From the NCBI GenBank assembly GCA_976551045.1, contig CDPCPM010000073.1:18786001-18850000 (forward strand): a DNA stretch of 64,000 nucleotides. Direction: 5' to 3'. This stretch comes from Glaucostegus cemiculus (lineage: Eukaryota). Each line of letters opens with the position of its first letter. Position 1 is the stretch's first letter. The notes beneath the pieces are model-generated. The model searched no databases. It was given only the letters and a program-made list of their open reading frames with translations, and had not been told where the DNA came from. A program made the translations under genes and the position numbers. Positions 13,857 through 26,577 of the stretch are shown here, piece by piece.

Positions 13857-14514
13857 AGTCCATAGGACGCTCAAAGCAGACGCACAAGTTGACTCTGTGG
13901 TTAAGAAGGCTTATGGTGTATTGTCCTTCATCAGTCGTGGAATTTGGAACTGAGAGGTAATGTTGCAGCTATTATACAGGACCCTGGTCAGACCCCACTT
14001 GGAGTACTGTGTTTTGGTTGCCTCACTACAAGAAGGATGTGGAAGCCATAGAAAGAGTGATTTACAAGGATGCTGCCTGGATTGGGGAGCATGCCTTAAG
14101 AAAACAGGTTGAGGGAACTCGGCCTTTTCTCCTTGAACGAACAGAAGATGAGGGGGGACCTGATAGAGATATAAGATGATGAGAGGCATTGATGGTGTGG
14201 ATAGTCAGAGGCTTTTTCCCAGGGCTGAATTGGTTACCACAAGAGGACACAGGTTTAAGGTGCTGGGGAGTAGGTATAGAGGAGATGTCAGAGGTAACTT
14301 TTTTTTACTTGGAGAGTGCGTGGAATGGGCTGCCAGCAATGGTGGTGGAGGTGGATATGATAGGGTCTTTTAAGAGACTTTTGGATAAGTACATGGAGCT
14401 TAGAAAAACCGAGGGCTGTGGGTAAGCCTAGTAATTTCGAAGGTAGGGACATGTTTGGCACAGCTTTGTGGGCTGAAGGGCCTGAATCGTGCTGTAGGTT
14501 TTCCATGTTTCTAT
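13857..14514 (+). mobile_element. CR1-clade LINE 3' fragment (RT C-terminus and tail), frameshifted
   Basis: Reads HRTLKADAQVDSVVKKAYGVLSFISRG / LYRTLVRPHLEYC / MMRGIDGVDSQRLFPR...TRGHRFKV / FKRLLDKYME, with tail gggctgaagggcctg...ttccatgtttctat. Confidence 0.9.
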
Positions 14515-14544
14515 ATGGCACCAACACCTATCATGGGTATTCGT

Positions 14545-14715
14545 TTTGTTCTCTACAACCCTCCTCTTTCTCTGCAACTTAAAGTATCTTTGATTTCTAA
14601 GTTTTCCTAGTTCTGGTGAAAGATCATTAACCTGAAAGTTAATTATGTTTCTTTTTCCACAGATGCTGCCTGACCTGCATTTCCTGTTTTTATTTGTGAT
14701 TTCTAGCATATGTAG
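14545..14715 (+). mobile_element. Penelope-like terminal-repeat fragment
   Basis: agttctggtgaaagatcattaacctgaaagttaatt...ttccacagatgctgcctgacctgc, the same family as the arms at 34889-35103. Confidence 0.6.
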
Positions 14716-17700
14716 TTTTTGCTTCTCCAGCCCCAACAGCCTTTAAGAGGAGAAGGCTCCATATTTTTGATTCCCTTGTGTATGCCTGGGCACTTCAGCT
14801 TTCCTGAGGCCTTGCAGGCCAAAGGCTGCAGGCACGGCTTGGTGCAAATATCTTCTCAGGGCACTGCTTGGCAAAGTGTGGGGAGGTGGTGTTAAAGTCT
14901 TCTCTCTGTAGTGACCTGAAGTTCATTCCAAAATCCCCAGAGCATCTGGTAATTTTCATAAATTACTAGAGGTTTTAGAACTGGTCTGGAGAGATCGCTG
15001 GCATGTCTTTGTATGAGGAAGTGCTGACTGCCATTAAACCTCAAACATCTTATTTTTATACCCTTTCTACTCTGAATTGCCCCACTAGAACTTCCCTATC
15101 TATTTGCTTCTTTAAATTTGTTCTCAAACATACCAATGAATTTCATAAACAACCCAGCCTGTGGGAAGTGAGTTCCAAAGAATTTGTCTGAAATGTAGTG
15201 ACAATAATGACAATTAAATGTGCAGACTATAGTGCTTTAATTGAGAAATAGTTGAGTATTTTTAATGTTTACTGTTTGATTGTCAACTAAATTAGAATGC
15301 TAATTGCTGGCAATGACCTACCTTGCTCTTTCCAATGTTATTCTTTAAGCTAATGTCATCAAAGACATGGTCTCGAACCTGGCAAGCAGCTGAGGTGTAC
15401 ATTCAGCATTGTGGCTTTTTGAACCTTGTGCTTTTAATTAGAGGAGTACAGCGGAAAATAAAACAAGTGGTTTTGGAATCAGAATTCACTTTGAGTATCT
15501 TGATGAGATTGTGGCATTCCTGGTAGGACTAATTTGAACGTATAAAATGGCACCAGGCTTTCCCAACCACAATACTCAACTTGACCGTCACTTTATGATT
15601 GCCTAGGGCGAAGACAGTCAATAGACTTAAAAAGCACGAACAACTGAAGTGTATTTCTGCCTCCTTTATCAGCAGAACACTCTCCTTCAAGGTGAATAGA
15701 GAGTAACTTCTTATTTACACTTCTATGCTAGCAGTTTATCTTCTTAACCCTCCCTACCCCCACCCTCAGCCCCATCTTACCCAACCTCTGACACACAGAT
15801 TGACTGAGAAGAGTGATGATGGGGCTGGAGGGAGCGGTAGGTGTGTAATTGGTTTAGAAGGTGTCTCCGTGATACAGAAAGAGACCAAGGAGACCATCAC
15901 CTCTTCTCCTTGGGCTACCTGAGATTAATTCACCCACTTGAAGTTTAAATTGAAATGCTAATCCTTTCTGGGCTGTGGAAGGGGTTGTTTCATGGATGGT
16001 ACGCTACACACAGGGGTTGATATAAATGCCCTTTATGCTAAAGTAAACATGGGGAAGTAGGAAATGGTGTTCTGATCCTGAGTTTAAGTTTGCCCCCCTG
16101 GGACCAAAAATGATTGTGTTCTTAAGCTTGGCAAAACAGATCACCAGAGGACAGACCTGAGCTGCATTGAATTTTTATTCAGTGTGACACTTGACACTGG
16201 TAAAGTAAGATGCCCTGTGACCTATTTTTACTTTACCCCATGCCAGCAGGAGGGTGTTTTCTGTTCATTATTTTTGCCCCTTTCCCAACCACAACAGCCA
16301 AAGTGATTGAGTTTCCACCGTAAATACTGGCCTTCATGAGGCAAGGTTTAAATAAAATGAAAGCACCTGTTCATGATCAAAAAATTCTGAAAAAGAATAA
16401 CGAGCCTTTTCAAAGAAGGTTCAGATGTTTCCTACTGCTATTAAATGTTTTCATTCATTTGGACTCCCCAGTGAATTACTTGACTGAAGTTTTAACAAAC
16501 ATCATTGTAATATTTCTAAAAGTAGAGTCATTAATGCTAATACAGAATAAAGTTGAGTTTTAAAAAAAAATTCTTTGCCTATATATTATGTATACAATGA
16601 ACAAAAATGTTTGTATACAAACACTTGGTATTCAACCTCAAGCTACATTGATTTATCCCAGCTCTCTTTGGAGTGTGATACTTGAATTCAGTACCCATTG
16701 GTAGTGGAGCAGGAAATCAGCTGGTGTTCCTGATCCTAATTGCTATCCACCTATTTACCCAGGAAGGTTTGTTCGTGACTTGTGGTTTGCATAACAGTCA
16801 TGGTTGAAGAGCAGGCCACCACTGAGGGGTAGGGCAGACACCACCACCTGTGGCTGGTTCAAGCCAGTGAGGAGGACCAGAAATAAAATGCACACTGGCT
16901 GAATCTATACTCCTTGTATAATAAACTTACAAAAGGAGAACTTTGATTCATTGTCAATAATGAGCACTAAATGCATTCCGACAATACTTCATATATTTCT
17001 CTAAATAAATTGGATTAAAAATGTCACTGATTCTCCTGTGGCTTTCAGTGCGTTACATTTTCTTGGTTCCTGGCCATATAATTGTGCATAGCTAAAAATA
17101 GCCCATGGTCTGGTCAGGTGATCATAAACTCATTTTTATAAGTAACAGAAACAGTTCATTGTAGAATGAAATAACAGGGGAAGGTCATGTATTTTATCAG
17201 AGTTTAGCACTGTGGAGATTTTGAGAAAAACAAGTAGTTTGATCAGAACCAATGGGCGTATTTCATAATTCCTGCTCTGCAGATTTCTCTGTTCACTGCC
17301 TATAGTCTTATGATTATTTCATATTCACCCAGCCTCTTTGCAGTCATTCTCTGGCTTGGAGGTCAGGCAGCAGAGCTAAAGTGGTATTTTCAAACCAGAC
17401 TTTGGAAGTGGTGCAGAAGCAGAAATACTTTCTTAGTTCATTTCTGAGATATGGATATTGATGCCCTTGCCTCATTTCCTTTGAAAGGATTATGGTGAGT
17501 TTCCTCTTGAACTGGTGACGGTTCTCCAGTATAGAGTGTGGTTATCTGACACAGGCCTGTCAGTAGCTGGCTGTATTTGTCAGGTCGGGTCCATTTTCAT
17601 TTCAGGCCAGGCCAAATTAAGCCATTGCCTGTTGACTTTGTTCAGTATTATATCCAGCTCAGGATGATTTTCTTATGATGAATCCCCTGTACTTGATTAA

Positions 17701-18967
17701 CTTTTAGATTTCATCATTAAACAGAACATGTTTGAAATTGCTATATTTAGAGTGAAAGTTGGGTTGCATATGTAGGTATTCAGAGTCAGATTGGGTTCAG
17801 ATTGGCCATAGTTAGATTTGGATCAGGATACAGATTTATACTGAAGTAGACCTCTTTTGGTGTTATTTAAGAAGTTTCAGGATTTTCACTGAACGATGAT
17901 GAATGAATGGATGAGGGCTTTCAGTTTCATGGGGAAACCAGAGAATGAGAATGATCTCCACAGAACAGAGACCTAAACTCCCATGTCACACAATTAGTGT
18001 GTAGAGCAGCAACAAGTTCCGACTCCCCTCTTTCCACTGATGGGAATTGCTAACTGGTAATTCAAGAGAAATGATAAGTTTTCTTTCTGCGGCAAGTAGT
18101 CGTGACCTAGAATACTTTGCCTGAAGAGTTAGAGCAACCAGGTTAAACAGTAGCTTTCAAAGGAGAGTTAAACACATACAAAGGAGCCATTTTCCATTTA
18201 GATGCATCACGTTGTTCACCTGAGTTATGCCATGTGGCAGTACATGTATTAAAAAGGAAATGGTTACAGGCAAAAGAGCAGAGAAATTGGAAATCTTATT
18301 GCTCTTTCAAAGAGCTGCTATAGGCACAATGGGCTGAATGGTTGTCCCACCACTGAAAAAACATTGAGAAAATTTGTGATGTGATGTTTGAACCTCACCT
18401 GATATGTTAGCAGAAGAAAATTGCCTGTATTTGCAAAGCACTCTCACAGATGATCAAGTCTCCTTAAATTGTTATTTAATCAGTGAAGATTTAAAATGAT
18501 TCATGAAATCCTAAACCTCAAGCTTGTGTTCCTGAGCTGCTGATTCATGCGACATTTCATTGCATGATCTGAAACATCTGGCACACTGTGATTTATTATC
18601 TGCACTTCATGGTAATGTTCTCAGAGAAATGGGTCTTCCTTTTTGGGAACCTGACTGCCTTTATAATCTCTTTTAAAAATATGCACATGCTGATTTGTAA
18701 ACAAAGTTTTCTTTACAAATACAAGTGTAAAAGCTACTCTTTTTTAAATTTAATCTGACTTCCAAATGTATATGCGAAGGCTGCTCTCGTCTCTGAGCAA
18801 ATGCATCTACATCTCCTCACCCTGACATAGAGAGAGTGGAGTATAGCCTGGAGATGGAATGCAGACTAGCAGAGTCTGTTAGCTTTAGGCACTCTGCTCT
18901 TCATAAAGGCAATGTTAAGTGGTTCAATCTTGAAGCAAGTGAGGTAAAATTCCTAGGTGATTTCATA

Positions 18968-19070
18968 TGAAATAAAAACAGAAAATGCTGGAAAAACTCA
19001 ACAGGTCAAGCAGCATCTGTGGAAGGAGAAACACGGTTAATGTTTCAGGTTGAATACCCTTCATCATTTC
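18968..19070 (-). mobile_element. Penelope-like terminal-repeat fragment
   Basis: aaaacagaaaatgctggaaaaactcaacaggtcaagcagcatctgtgga...tttcaggttgaatacccttcatca, the same family as 34889-34984. Confidence 0.65.
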
Positions 19071-19149
19071 CAGTATTACAGGTTTTTGATTTCTTTTTAG
19101 GTGATTTCTCAGTTTTGTTCTGGAAAACTCCCACAGGGTTTTCCAAATA

Positions 19150-19434
19150 NNNNNNNNNNNNNNNNNNNNNNNNNNNNNNNNNNNNNNNNNNNNNNNNNNN
19201 NNNNNNNNNNNNNNNNNNNNNNNNNNNNNNNNNNNNNNNNNNNNNNNNNNNNNNNNNNNNNNNNNNNNNNNNNNNNNNNNNNNNNNNNNNNNNNNNNNNN
19301 NNNNNNNNNNNNNNNNNNNNNNNNNNNNNNNNNNNNNNNNNNNNNNNNNNNNNNNNNNNNNNNNNNNNNNNNNNNNNNNNNNNNNNNNNNNNNNNNNNNN
19401 NNNNNNNNNNNNNNNNNNNNNNNNNNNNNNNNNN
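19150..19434. other. Assembly gap (285 N)
   Basis: Run of N. Confidence 0.99.
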
Positions 19435-20569
19435 GAAGTATGGTATGTATGGAAAATCATTTGGCAGCAATGATCCCTGGATGAATATCCCCTGCCCCAT
19501 TCCTATTTGTCAGTGAGTTCATTATTAACTTAGGTTTGGATCAGTTAATGTACCTAATTTATGCTATTCATTAAATGCCAAGATACTCAACTCACAGGGC
19601 ACAGTGTGCCAACTATTCAAACAAATATCAGACAGACTTGCTCAAAAAAATCTCATGGAATCATATTGCAGTTTCCTTGAAAGAGCTGTCCAGTTTAATC
19701 TCACACTCATGCTTTTTCCCTATGGCTATGTCATTTTTTCCCCTTTCTACAATTTCCTTTTAAATCTGCTTTCACACTCTTATGCAGTGCATTCCAGGTC
19801 ATAGTAGTTTATTATGTAAAATAATTTCTCATCTCCAGTGTGTTTTTTTCCAATCTCTGTCATCTATTGCTGTCTCACCTGCAGAAGTTGTTTCATTTTA
19901 CTAAATCCTTCAGGACTGTTCATAATTTTGGATACGTCAATTAAATTTACCTATAGCCCTTTGCATTCTACAAAGATTTATATCAATTTATCTTGTTCAT
20001 CATTCCTTGAAATATCCTCATAAATTTCAGCAGTCTTGCCATAGATTTGATGTCTTTCTTAAAGTGTAACATCCAGGATTGAGCACTCTGTACATCAGAA
20101 TCCTGTTTTACAAAGTTAAGTTCCAGTGATTCTGAAAGTCTGATTCTTAGAACTGGAACCCATAAGGGCCCAGCATTTTCCTGACCAAGGCTGGTTGGGA
20201 TGTAGCTGCCTAGTTTGAATAAGCAGCATTGATCTGCTGATTGATCAGCAGTCTGAACTGGCCTCAAGGCCCAGAGTCATTCGTAGCAAAAGCCATGTTA
20301 TTTTGCCATGTTTTTTGGGAACTGGCCTGATTGATCCTTTGTTCCGCTCACTATCAAGTGTAAGTATCTGAAGGTGCTGGGAATCTGGTTCAGAGGACCT
20401 GGGACATCACCAAGAACCGGGTGGATTGCATAGCCAAAATGAGGCAGAAACTGGAAATGAGGGAGCGTTGCTTTATTTAGTGTGGAGATGTTAATGAGCA
20501 CAGCAAGATTTGCTGATGCTGTTAGCCTGTCACTGAATTCATCTTTGAAGAATAAATGAAGGTGGCGCA

Positions 20570-20875
20570 CTGCTGTTTCTCACCTAGGCTGCTCGGCAGC
20601 ACTTCCCAAACCCAAGTAGGACATTGGCGGAAGGCATACTAGAACACCACCACCGAGGGATTCCTTTCCAATCACTCAGCAACCCTGACTCAGAAATATA
20701 TTATCTTCATTGCTCAGCCCAACAGCACTATGAGAAAACCATCAGCAGAAGGTCTGCAGTGGCTCAAGGAGATGGCTTACCAGCACTACCTCCTTAGGGG
20801 AATGAGGGATGGTCGTAAATCCAGGCCTTCAGTGATCTCACCATGGATCTTGATAAATGAATTTAAAAAAAAATC
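20570..20875 (+). mobile_element. Old LINE 3' end with A tail
   Basis: cagcacttcccaaacc...cccaacagcactatgag...ctgcagtggctcaaggagatggcttacc...agggatggtcgtaaat...aatgaatttaaaaaaaaa. Confidence 0.55.
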
Positions 20876-21594
20876 TCGCTCCATTTTGTACACCTCAATG
20901 AACTGACAAGATGATCTTGTAAACCCCTGCAAGTAATTCCACTGAGATCAAAGAAAGTCTCTGCTGAGTCTCGTGTGTGCTTTGGAAATGGCTGATGTTA
21001 AACATTTGCTCTGACTCTTACTAAATACTTATTTAAGCCTTGGGACCTAACCTTTGAACTTCTGTCCTTCATGTACCCCTGCTTCCATTATCTGGGCTCC
21101 ACTGCAGATATCACTCTATTGGCAGGTTTGACAAAGTGCCTAATTAGTATTACTGAAAAGCTTCATGTTAACGTGATTACCACGTGCATGGGAAAAATAC
21201 AATCTGTGAATTCCCTGCTTTGTGGATACACCTACCTTGTTCCTCACTAAGCCACAGCCACCATCCCCTGCCAAAAAAAATCTCCTTTTACCAGTTTATC
21301 TTTTACAAGACAAATTATTACAGATTGTTGAAGAAACAGAAGAGGAAAATGTTTTTGTCAGAAAGCTTACCAAATATTGCATTTGCAGCAGTTAAGGAGC
21401 TGGGTGGGGGAACAGTCCTTTTCCATCTCCCTGTTTTAAGAAGTGACCAATAAAACTGGAACATTTTTGATTGCATCTACAGTTTAATATATGCCATTCT
21501 TAGCTGAAGTTTTTGTTTTGTTGCAAGCTCAACTGCTGGTGCTCAAGTGCATTATGTTAATTGTAAATCTGCCAAACTCTTCCACTTCTGAAAT

Positions 21595-22115
21595 TTGAGC
21601 ATAAAATCCAAGCTGTCACTCCAGTGCAGTCTAAGGAGATGCTGGACTATTGGAAGTTGCTGCCATTTGGATCATTTGTTAAACCTAAGGCCCATCTTCT
21701 CCCTCGGGTGAATATAGGGGATTCGGTGTGGAACTTTGTTCTGTTGTATGCAGTGAGCATGTACTGTGACATTGATGCATTGAACATTCAGTTTCATTGA
21801 CTGGAATAGAACCAAATTTCAGTAGCAGAATTCAGCATCACACCCTTGGCACAGACAACAGAGGATAAATTACTTCTACTACTGGATCCACCACCCCAGG
21901 ACCAATATCCTGGTTAACATTTGTCCACCTGCACAAATTCATTAATAACAGTTTCTCTTGTTATTATCACTTGCTGTTCATGGAAGTTCTTTGCAAGTTG
22001 CTTGGTGTATTTTCCACATTGTATCAGTAACTGCACTTCAGTAGTATTCCATTAGGTGTTAAACACTTTAAAGTGTTCAGAAGCTGTGAAAGGCACAGTA
22101 ACATACAACTTCTTT
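21595..22115 (+). mobile_element. DeuSINE-like element (interrupted)
   Basis: aatccaagctgtcactccagtgcagtctaaggagatgctg...gttaaacctaaggccc...attatcacttgctgtt...actgcacttcagtagtattccatt...gtgaaaggcac. Reverse copies occur near 37170-37450, 49790-50090 and 53990-54345. Confidence 0.55.
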
Positions 22116-22262
22116 CCTTAGTTTGTAAAGCATCAGAACTTAAAATAGGAATCCAATCTTGTTCTTAAAATAAACTCTATTTTTTGCATAACATGAAACT
22201 GAAATGTATTAATGTTAAACTTGAATGATACATGAGTAATATTTTCTTCTTTACTTTTGCAG

Positions 22263-22388
22263 GTTATTCACACTTGCCAAGTAGCCTTTATCCTCCTTAT
22301 ATTCCCATCAGTCACCTTGAGCACCCAAGCACTGGCAGCCCCATTCTAGCCCAGCTCAGCCAACACAGCCTGTTCGACTCTCAGAAAG
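22263..22388 (+). CDS. TNRC18: TNRC18 coding exon (first seen in window), 126 nt, phase 1-1
   Basis: ttttgcag|GT TAT TCA...CAG AAA G|gtcagt. Translates (G)YSHLPSSLYPPYIPISHLEHPSTGSPILAQLSQHSLFDSQK, matching the recalled human TNRC18 segment GFSHLPSGLYPSY...SGSPLLSQLGQPSIFDTQK. Confidence 0.93.
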
Positions 22389-25300
22389 GTCAGTGCCTAC
22401 TATCTGCTGATATATCCTCATTTCATTGTTTGTCTCTTTTGTACATCAAGCTAATCTAATATTGGGGAGCTAATCCATTGGTACTTTGATCAGATAGTGT
22501 TCAGTTTATGAATTGCTCTGCAATGGCAGAATAATGGACCCAGGCTTCTCACTTAATGTCAGTTGTCAGTATTCACATCTGGTTGCATTTTTAATTAGTG
22601 TTTTAAGAAATAGCTATTTCCATTCTTAGCTCATAAGCCTAAAACAATAATTCTAGTTTACAAATATTATATTGTGGAACTGACTTTGTGTCTAAGAAGC
22701 CTTGGTTCATGTAGCAAAGTGAGGAAATAAATGAGATGAATAATTTATCATTTGGCATTAATATTTCTTACATTGCTTCTGTTGAATAGAGAAGGATTGG
22801 AATAGGATATAGTCTTAAGTTTGAAATGCTGCAAATAATGGAGTATGTTGTTGCAAGCAGATTATTTAATCATAAGTACTTGAATAAAAGTTTTAAGCAA
22901 GTTTTATGTATGGATAAAGATATTGCCCTGCAAGGATATGAACCCATGTACTTGTTCTTTTAACACTGTTAACTTAATTCATTTGCAAAGGATTTTAATA
23001 TATAAATGGTTTTGAATTGAATTGGGGAACACACAGGTTCACATTAGGTCTGTATGAAAATAATTAAGTAGATCACTTGGGACATTGTTGCTCCAGTCCT
23101 TTGGGGTGATTGGGAATGTAATTGGTAAGGGTCAATTAATATGGATTGTAATGCAAATGTCATGGGATCCTACTGAATGACTTTGGGGAATAGAAGTCAC
23201 AATGAAATTTAGCAGAGCATCAACATCTTGGAAGACAATCCTATGATCAGCCTGATCGCCACAGGAAATTAAACAAGTTGGAGAAGTGATTTCATTAGTG
23301 GAGATTTTGCATGTCTACTTAAAGAAGGAGACCTACTGGCCTCTTTTGATTCTGTATGATGTTTGTTGTATAGTTCAGGGACAAATTTAAAGCTAATCAA
23401 ACTCTGCAAAGTTTTTACTTGTTCTGCTTGATATTTTTAAAACTTTTTGGAATGCTTTTATAATGAAACCTGTTTAAGGTGAGTCAGTTGTGATCTACCT
23501 CCACAGGTAGCAATGGCACCTTACTAAAGGTACTTCATTCTGTTGAAAGTCATGATAATGTGGATATCTTTACCAAATGATATATGTACAGGGCCATGTG
23601 TATTTGTGCTTTTTGAGTCATTTTGTTTCTCATTGGGAGCACATGCCAAGATCTGTTAAGGTATTCTGCTTCAGAATATTTAATAAACCTGACTTCATAA
23701 AAAGTGATCCAATGAATGAAGTGAATATCTGCATAACATCTAATGATGTGTTTGCCTTAAAGTATTTTCTTTTTTCTTTTCAAATTAAAATGTGTCATAG
23801 CTAATACCTTTGATCTTAGTTGGCATTCACAATACTCCCTCCCCCCCCCCATTTTGCTGAATCAAAATACACATTTTGAATATTTCTCTGCAGAAAGTGG
23901 AATCAAAAATCAACATGTTAAATGCTGAAGACAAGGCACATGTGTCAGCAAGGGAAAGAGAATGATTGGTTAACATTTCGCTGGCACCCTTGAGATTAAC
24001 TTGTCTCTCCCATAGACATGTAGATTTCTAGCACATTCTGTTTTCATTCAAAATTAGAGTAGGTTGTGTAGATCTCCTTAGGTGACAGGCTGAAAACCAT
24101 GTCATTTATACACCACACACATTGAAGCAGCAAATAATTGGATCTAAATGGTATTTTTGCATTATCAGAATGTGAGCCTTACAAAGTAGGGAATTGCACA
24201 GCACAGGTTTACAGGCATGAACTGGGATCACGAAACAATGACTGCATTGGAACAGGTAGGCCTGAGGCCTGACTAAAATTGGGCCTTGGACTCCCAACTA
24301 AATTAGACCAATAAGGTCTGGTTGCCTGCTGCATATCACGACACAGCTGAGCAGCAAAGTGGATCTCAATTTTGAGTTTCTATGCCAGAAGCAGCCCTTT
24401 AGTTCCTTCAGTTGGGAAGGGAGGGGCCTGGGTAGTCCAGGGGGTGGTATTGGATCATGGAAACATTTCTTCTTTCTTTGATTTCCAAAAAAGACCCCAC
24501 AGTTTTCAAGTTAAAAAAATACTTTTTGTTGGTGTCTGATGAATCCAGTGTATGGAATTGCTAACTAATTATAGAAATGTGTTACTTAATAGGTGTTGAG
24601 CCCCTAATTTACATTTCCATGCAACCCAGCAAAGGTGTTGCCCAAATGCCTAAACAAAGGGGCCCCCATGCAACCTGAACCTGTGCAGAATGGCTGCTGA
24701 ATGTCTGACCATTGAATTGGTGAAATTTGTAATCCATATTATTCCCATAAACAAGTGCAATGCCCACCAATTTCTATCCTTTATACTTGGCTCACTATTT
24801 CTGCAAACATTATTAAGAGTGATTGGGAACTCACTCCGTGGATCTATGCACTTCCATCAAGTATGATTTTTCCTGGAATTGGCTGTACTTCTCTTTCTGA
24901 AGACTCCAATTTGGCAGTAGATTTATTGGAAGCCTAACTGCTGGTATGAAAGCAAATGCACCACATCCATCACTGACTTAGTGTTGGTCAGGCAGCTTAA
25001 AGACATGAGTTATCCTTGATTAATCATTTGTTACACACATCCGAGGATACAGGCATGTACTAAGTGTGAGCCTTCCCAGTAAATCTGACAAGGAGGAAAG
25101 TGGAAATCCAGTTGTCTGTGTTCCATTACATTCAAACTCAGGAGCTGGTTTTAATGGCTGGAGTTTGTATCTGCCTCCTGTATTTCATATGTCCCTCAAC
25201 AAGGAGAGTGGGATTATCTGGGCTATGAACTTCACCCATAGTCATTAATCAATGCCATGCCTTGATAACTGGTCCAATTTTTTTTTGTAGAGAAGGAATG

Positions 25301-25924
25301 CATCAGTCTACCGAACAGCCCAGCTGAATATGAATACTATTCTTCACGATTAACATAATCTATATCGATGCCAAATAACCAATGGTTTAAAATGTTGTTT
25401 TTAGGCGTGGTAGTCTGATTCTTAATGATCACAAATCACTTTGAAGCTAATTTTTAATCTACTTGCTCTTGCAGGACCTCATTCATCTTTAAAATCGAAA
25501 CCTTTTGTTTAAAAATAGCACTGATAAATATATTGTAGAGTTGTGTGTGTTCTTAAGGGTTGATACCACACACAGTTTGTGGGTTGAGACGCATTAATGT
25601 TCAACCAAGGGTCAGCACATGGGGAAGCAAGTACCCTGGCGGTACTCAGCAGGCTCTGAGATGAATCAGTCTGACTGATAGATTCCTAAGTCAGAATAAG
25701 GTGGAAGGGACTCTCAATCTCATAGGCCCAGACTGGTTTTGCAGAGACTGGAGGAAGTCAATAAGTTAGACTAACATTTAGGTTCTTATTCAACAAGGCA
25801 GCCAACTCTATGAACATAACGTATTCTCTTCATTCTCATTTGCACATTACTTTTGTGAAACATCTGTGGATATTTCCCTGCTATAAAAGATGCTGTGTAT
25901 GGTCATAGAAGGTAGATCCTATCT

Positions 25925-26330
25925 GTGTTCAGGTCTGTGTTAGTCAGTGTTATTTCCTCTTTCATTTACTCTGACTCTCTAAATTAATTTCCCTCAAACA
26001 CTTGTCCAATTCCCTCTTGAAACCCCTGACTGATCCTTACAGGCAGTGAGTTCCAGATCATTGCTATTCTCTGCATAAAGCTGTTTTCCCCACCTCCCAA
26101 CCCTTTGTCTAAAATTTGAAATTTCTGCCCCTGCTCCTTGAATCTACTGATGGGAATAGCATTCCTCCATTTACCCTATCTAAACTGGTCAGGATCTTGT
26201 AGGCCTACAGACATGTAGCATCCATCAAGTGTCCTGTCAACTTTCTTTGTTGTAAGGAGATACCCCCTGACTTCTTCAGTCTATTCTTGTGGCCAAAAGC
26301 CACAGAACCATTCTAGTAAATCTCTTCAAT
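25925..26330 (-). mobile_element. Degenerate CR1-type LINE 3' end
   Basis: ttgtccaattccctcttgaaa...aggcagtgagttccagatcatt...taccctatctaaac is the reverse complement of the motif set at 1-261. Confidence 0.55.
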
Positions 26331-26349
26331 GGGACCGGAAGTGTTGTTG

Positions 26350-26495
26350 TCAGAATCAGTAGAGAGGGAACCTCAGTTATGTTTCAGGTCACTGCTGTTT
26401 TTCAGAAGTCGTTAATGAAAAGCCGTTGACCTGAAGGACCCTGCTCCTCTTTCCACAGGTGCAGCCCAACCTATCGAGCACTTCCACCACCCTCC
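26350..26495. mobile_element. Degenerate palindromic Penelope-like element
   Basis: gtagagaggg...gtttcaggtca...tgacctgaa...ctctttccacaggtgcagcccaacct, with the same layout as 34889-35103. Confidence 0.5.
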
Positions 26496-26577
26496 AGTTC
26501 AATCCCATGTGTAGCAGCTGGACTGTTGCTGTTTCTGTTGGATTAACCTCTGTGTATTTATTCCTCTCTTATTACAG

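Noticed and set aside
18963-19516. Long ORFs across the N run
   Set aside because: Artefacts of the assembly gap.
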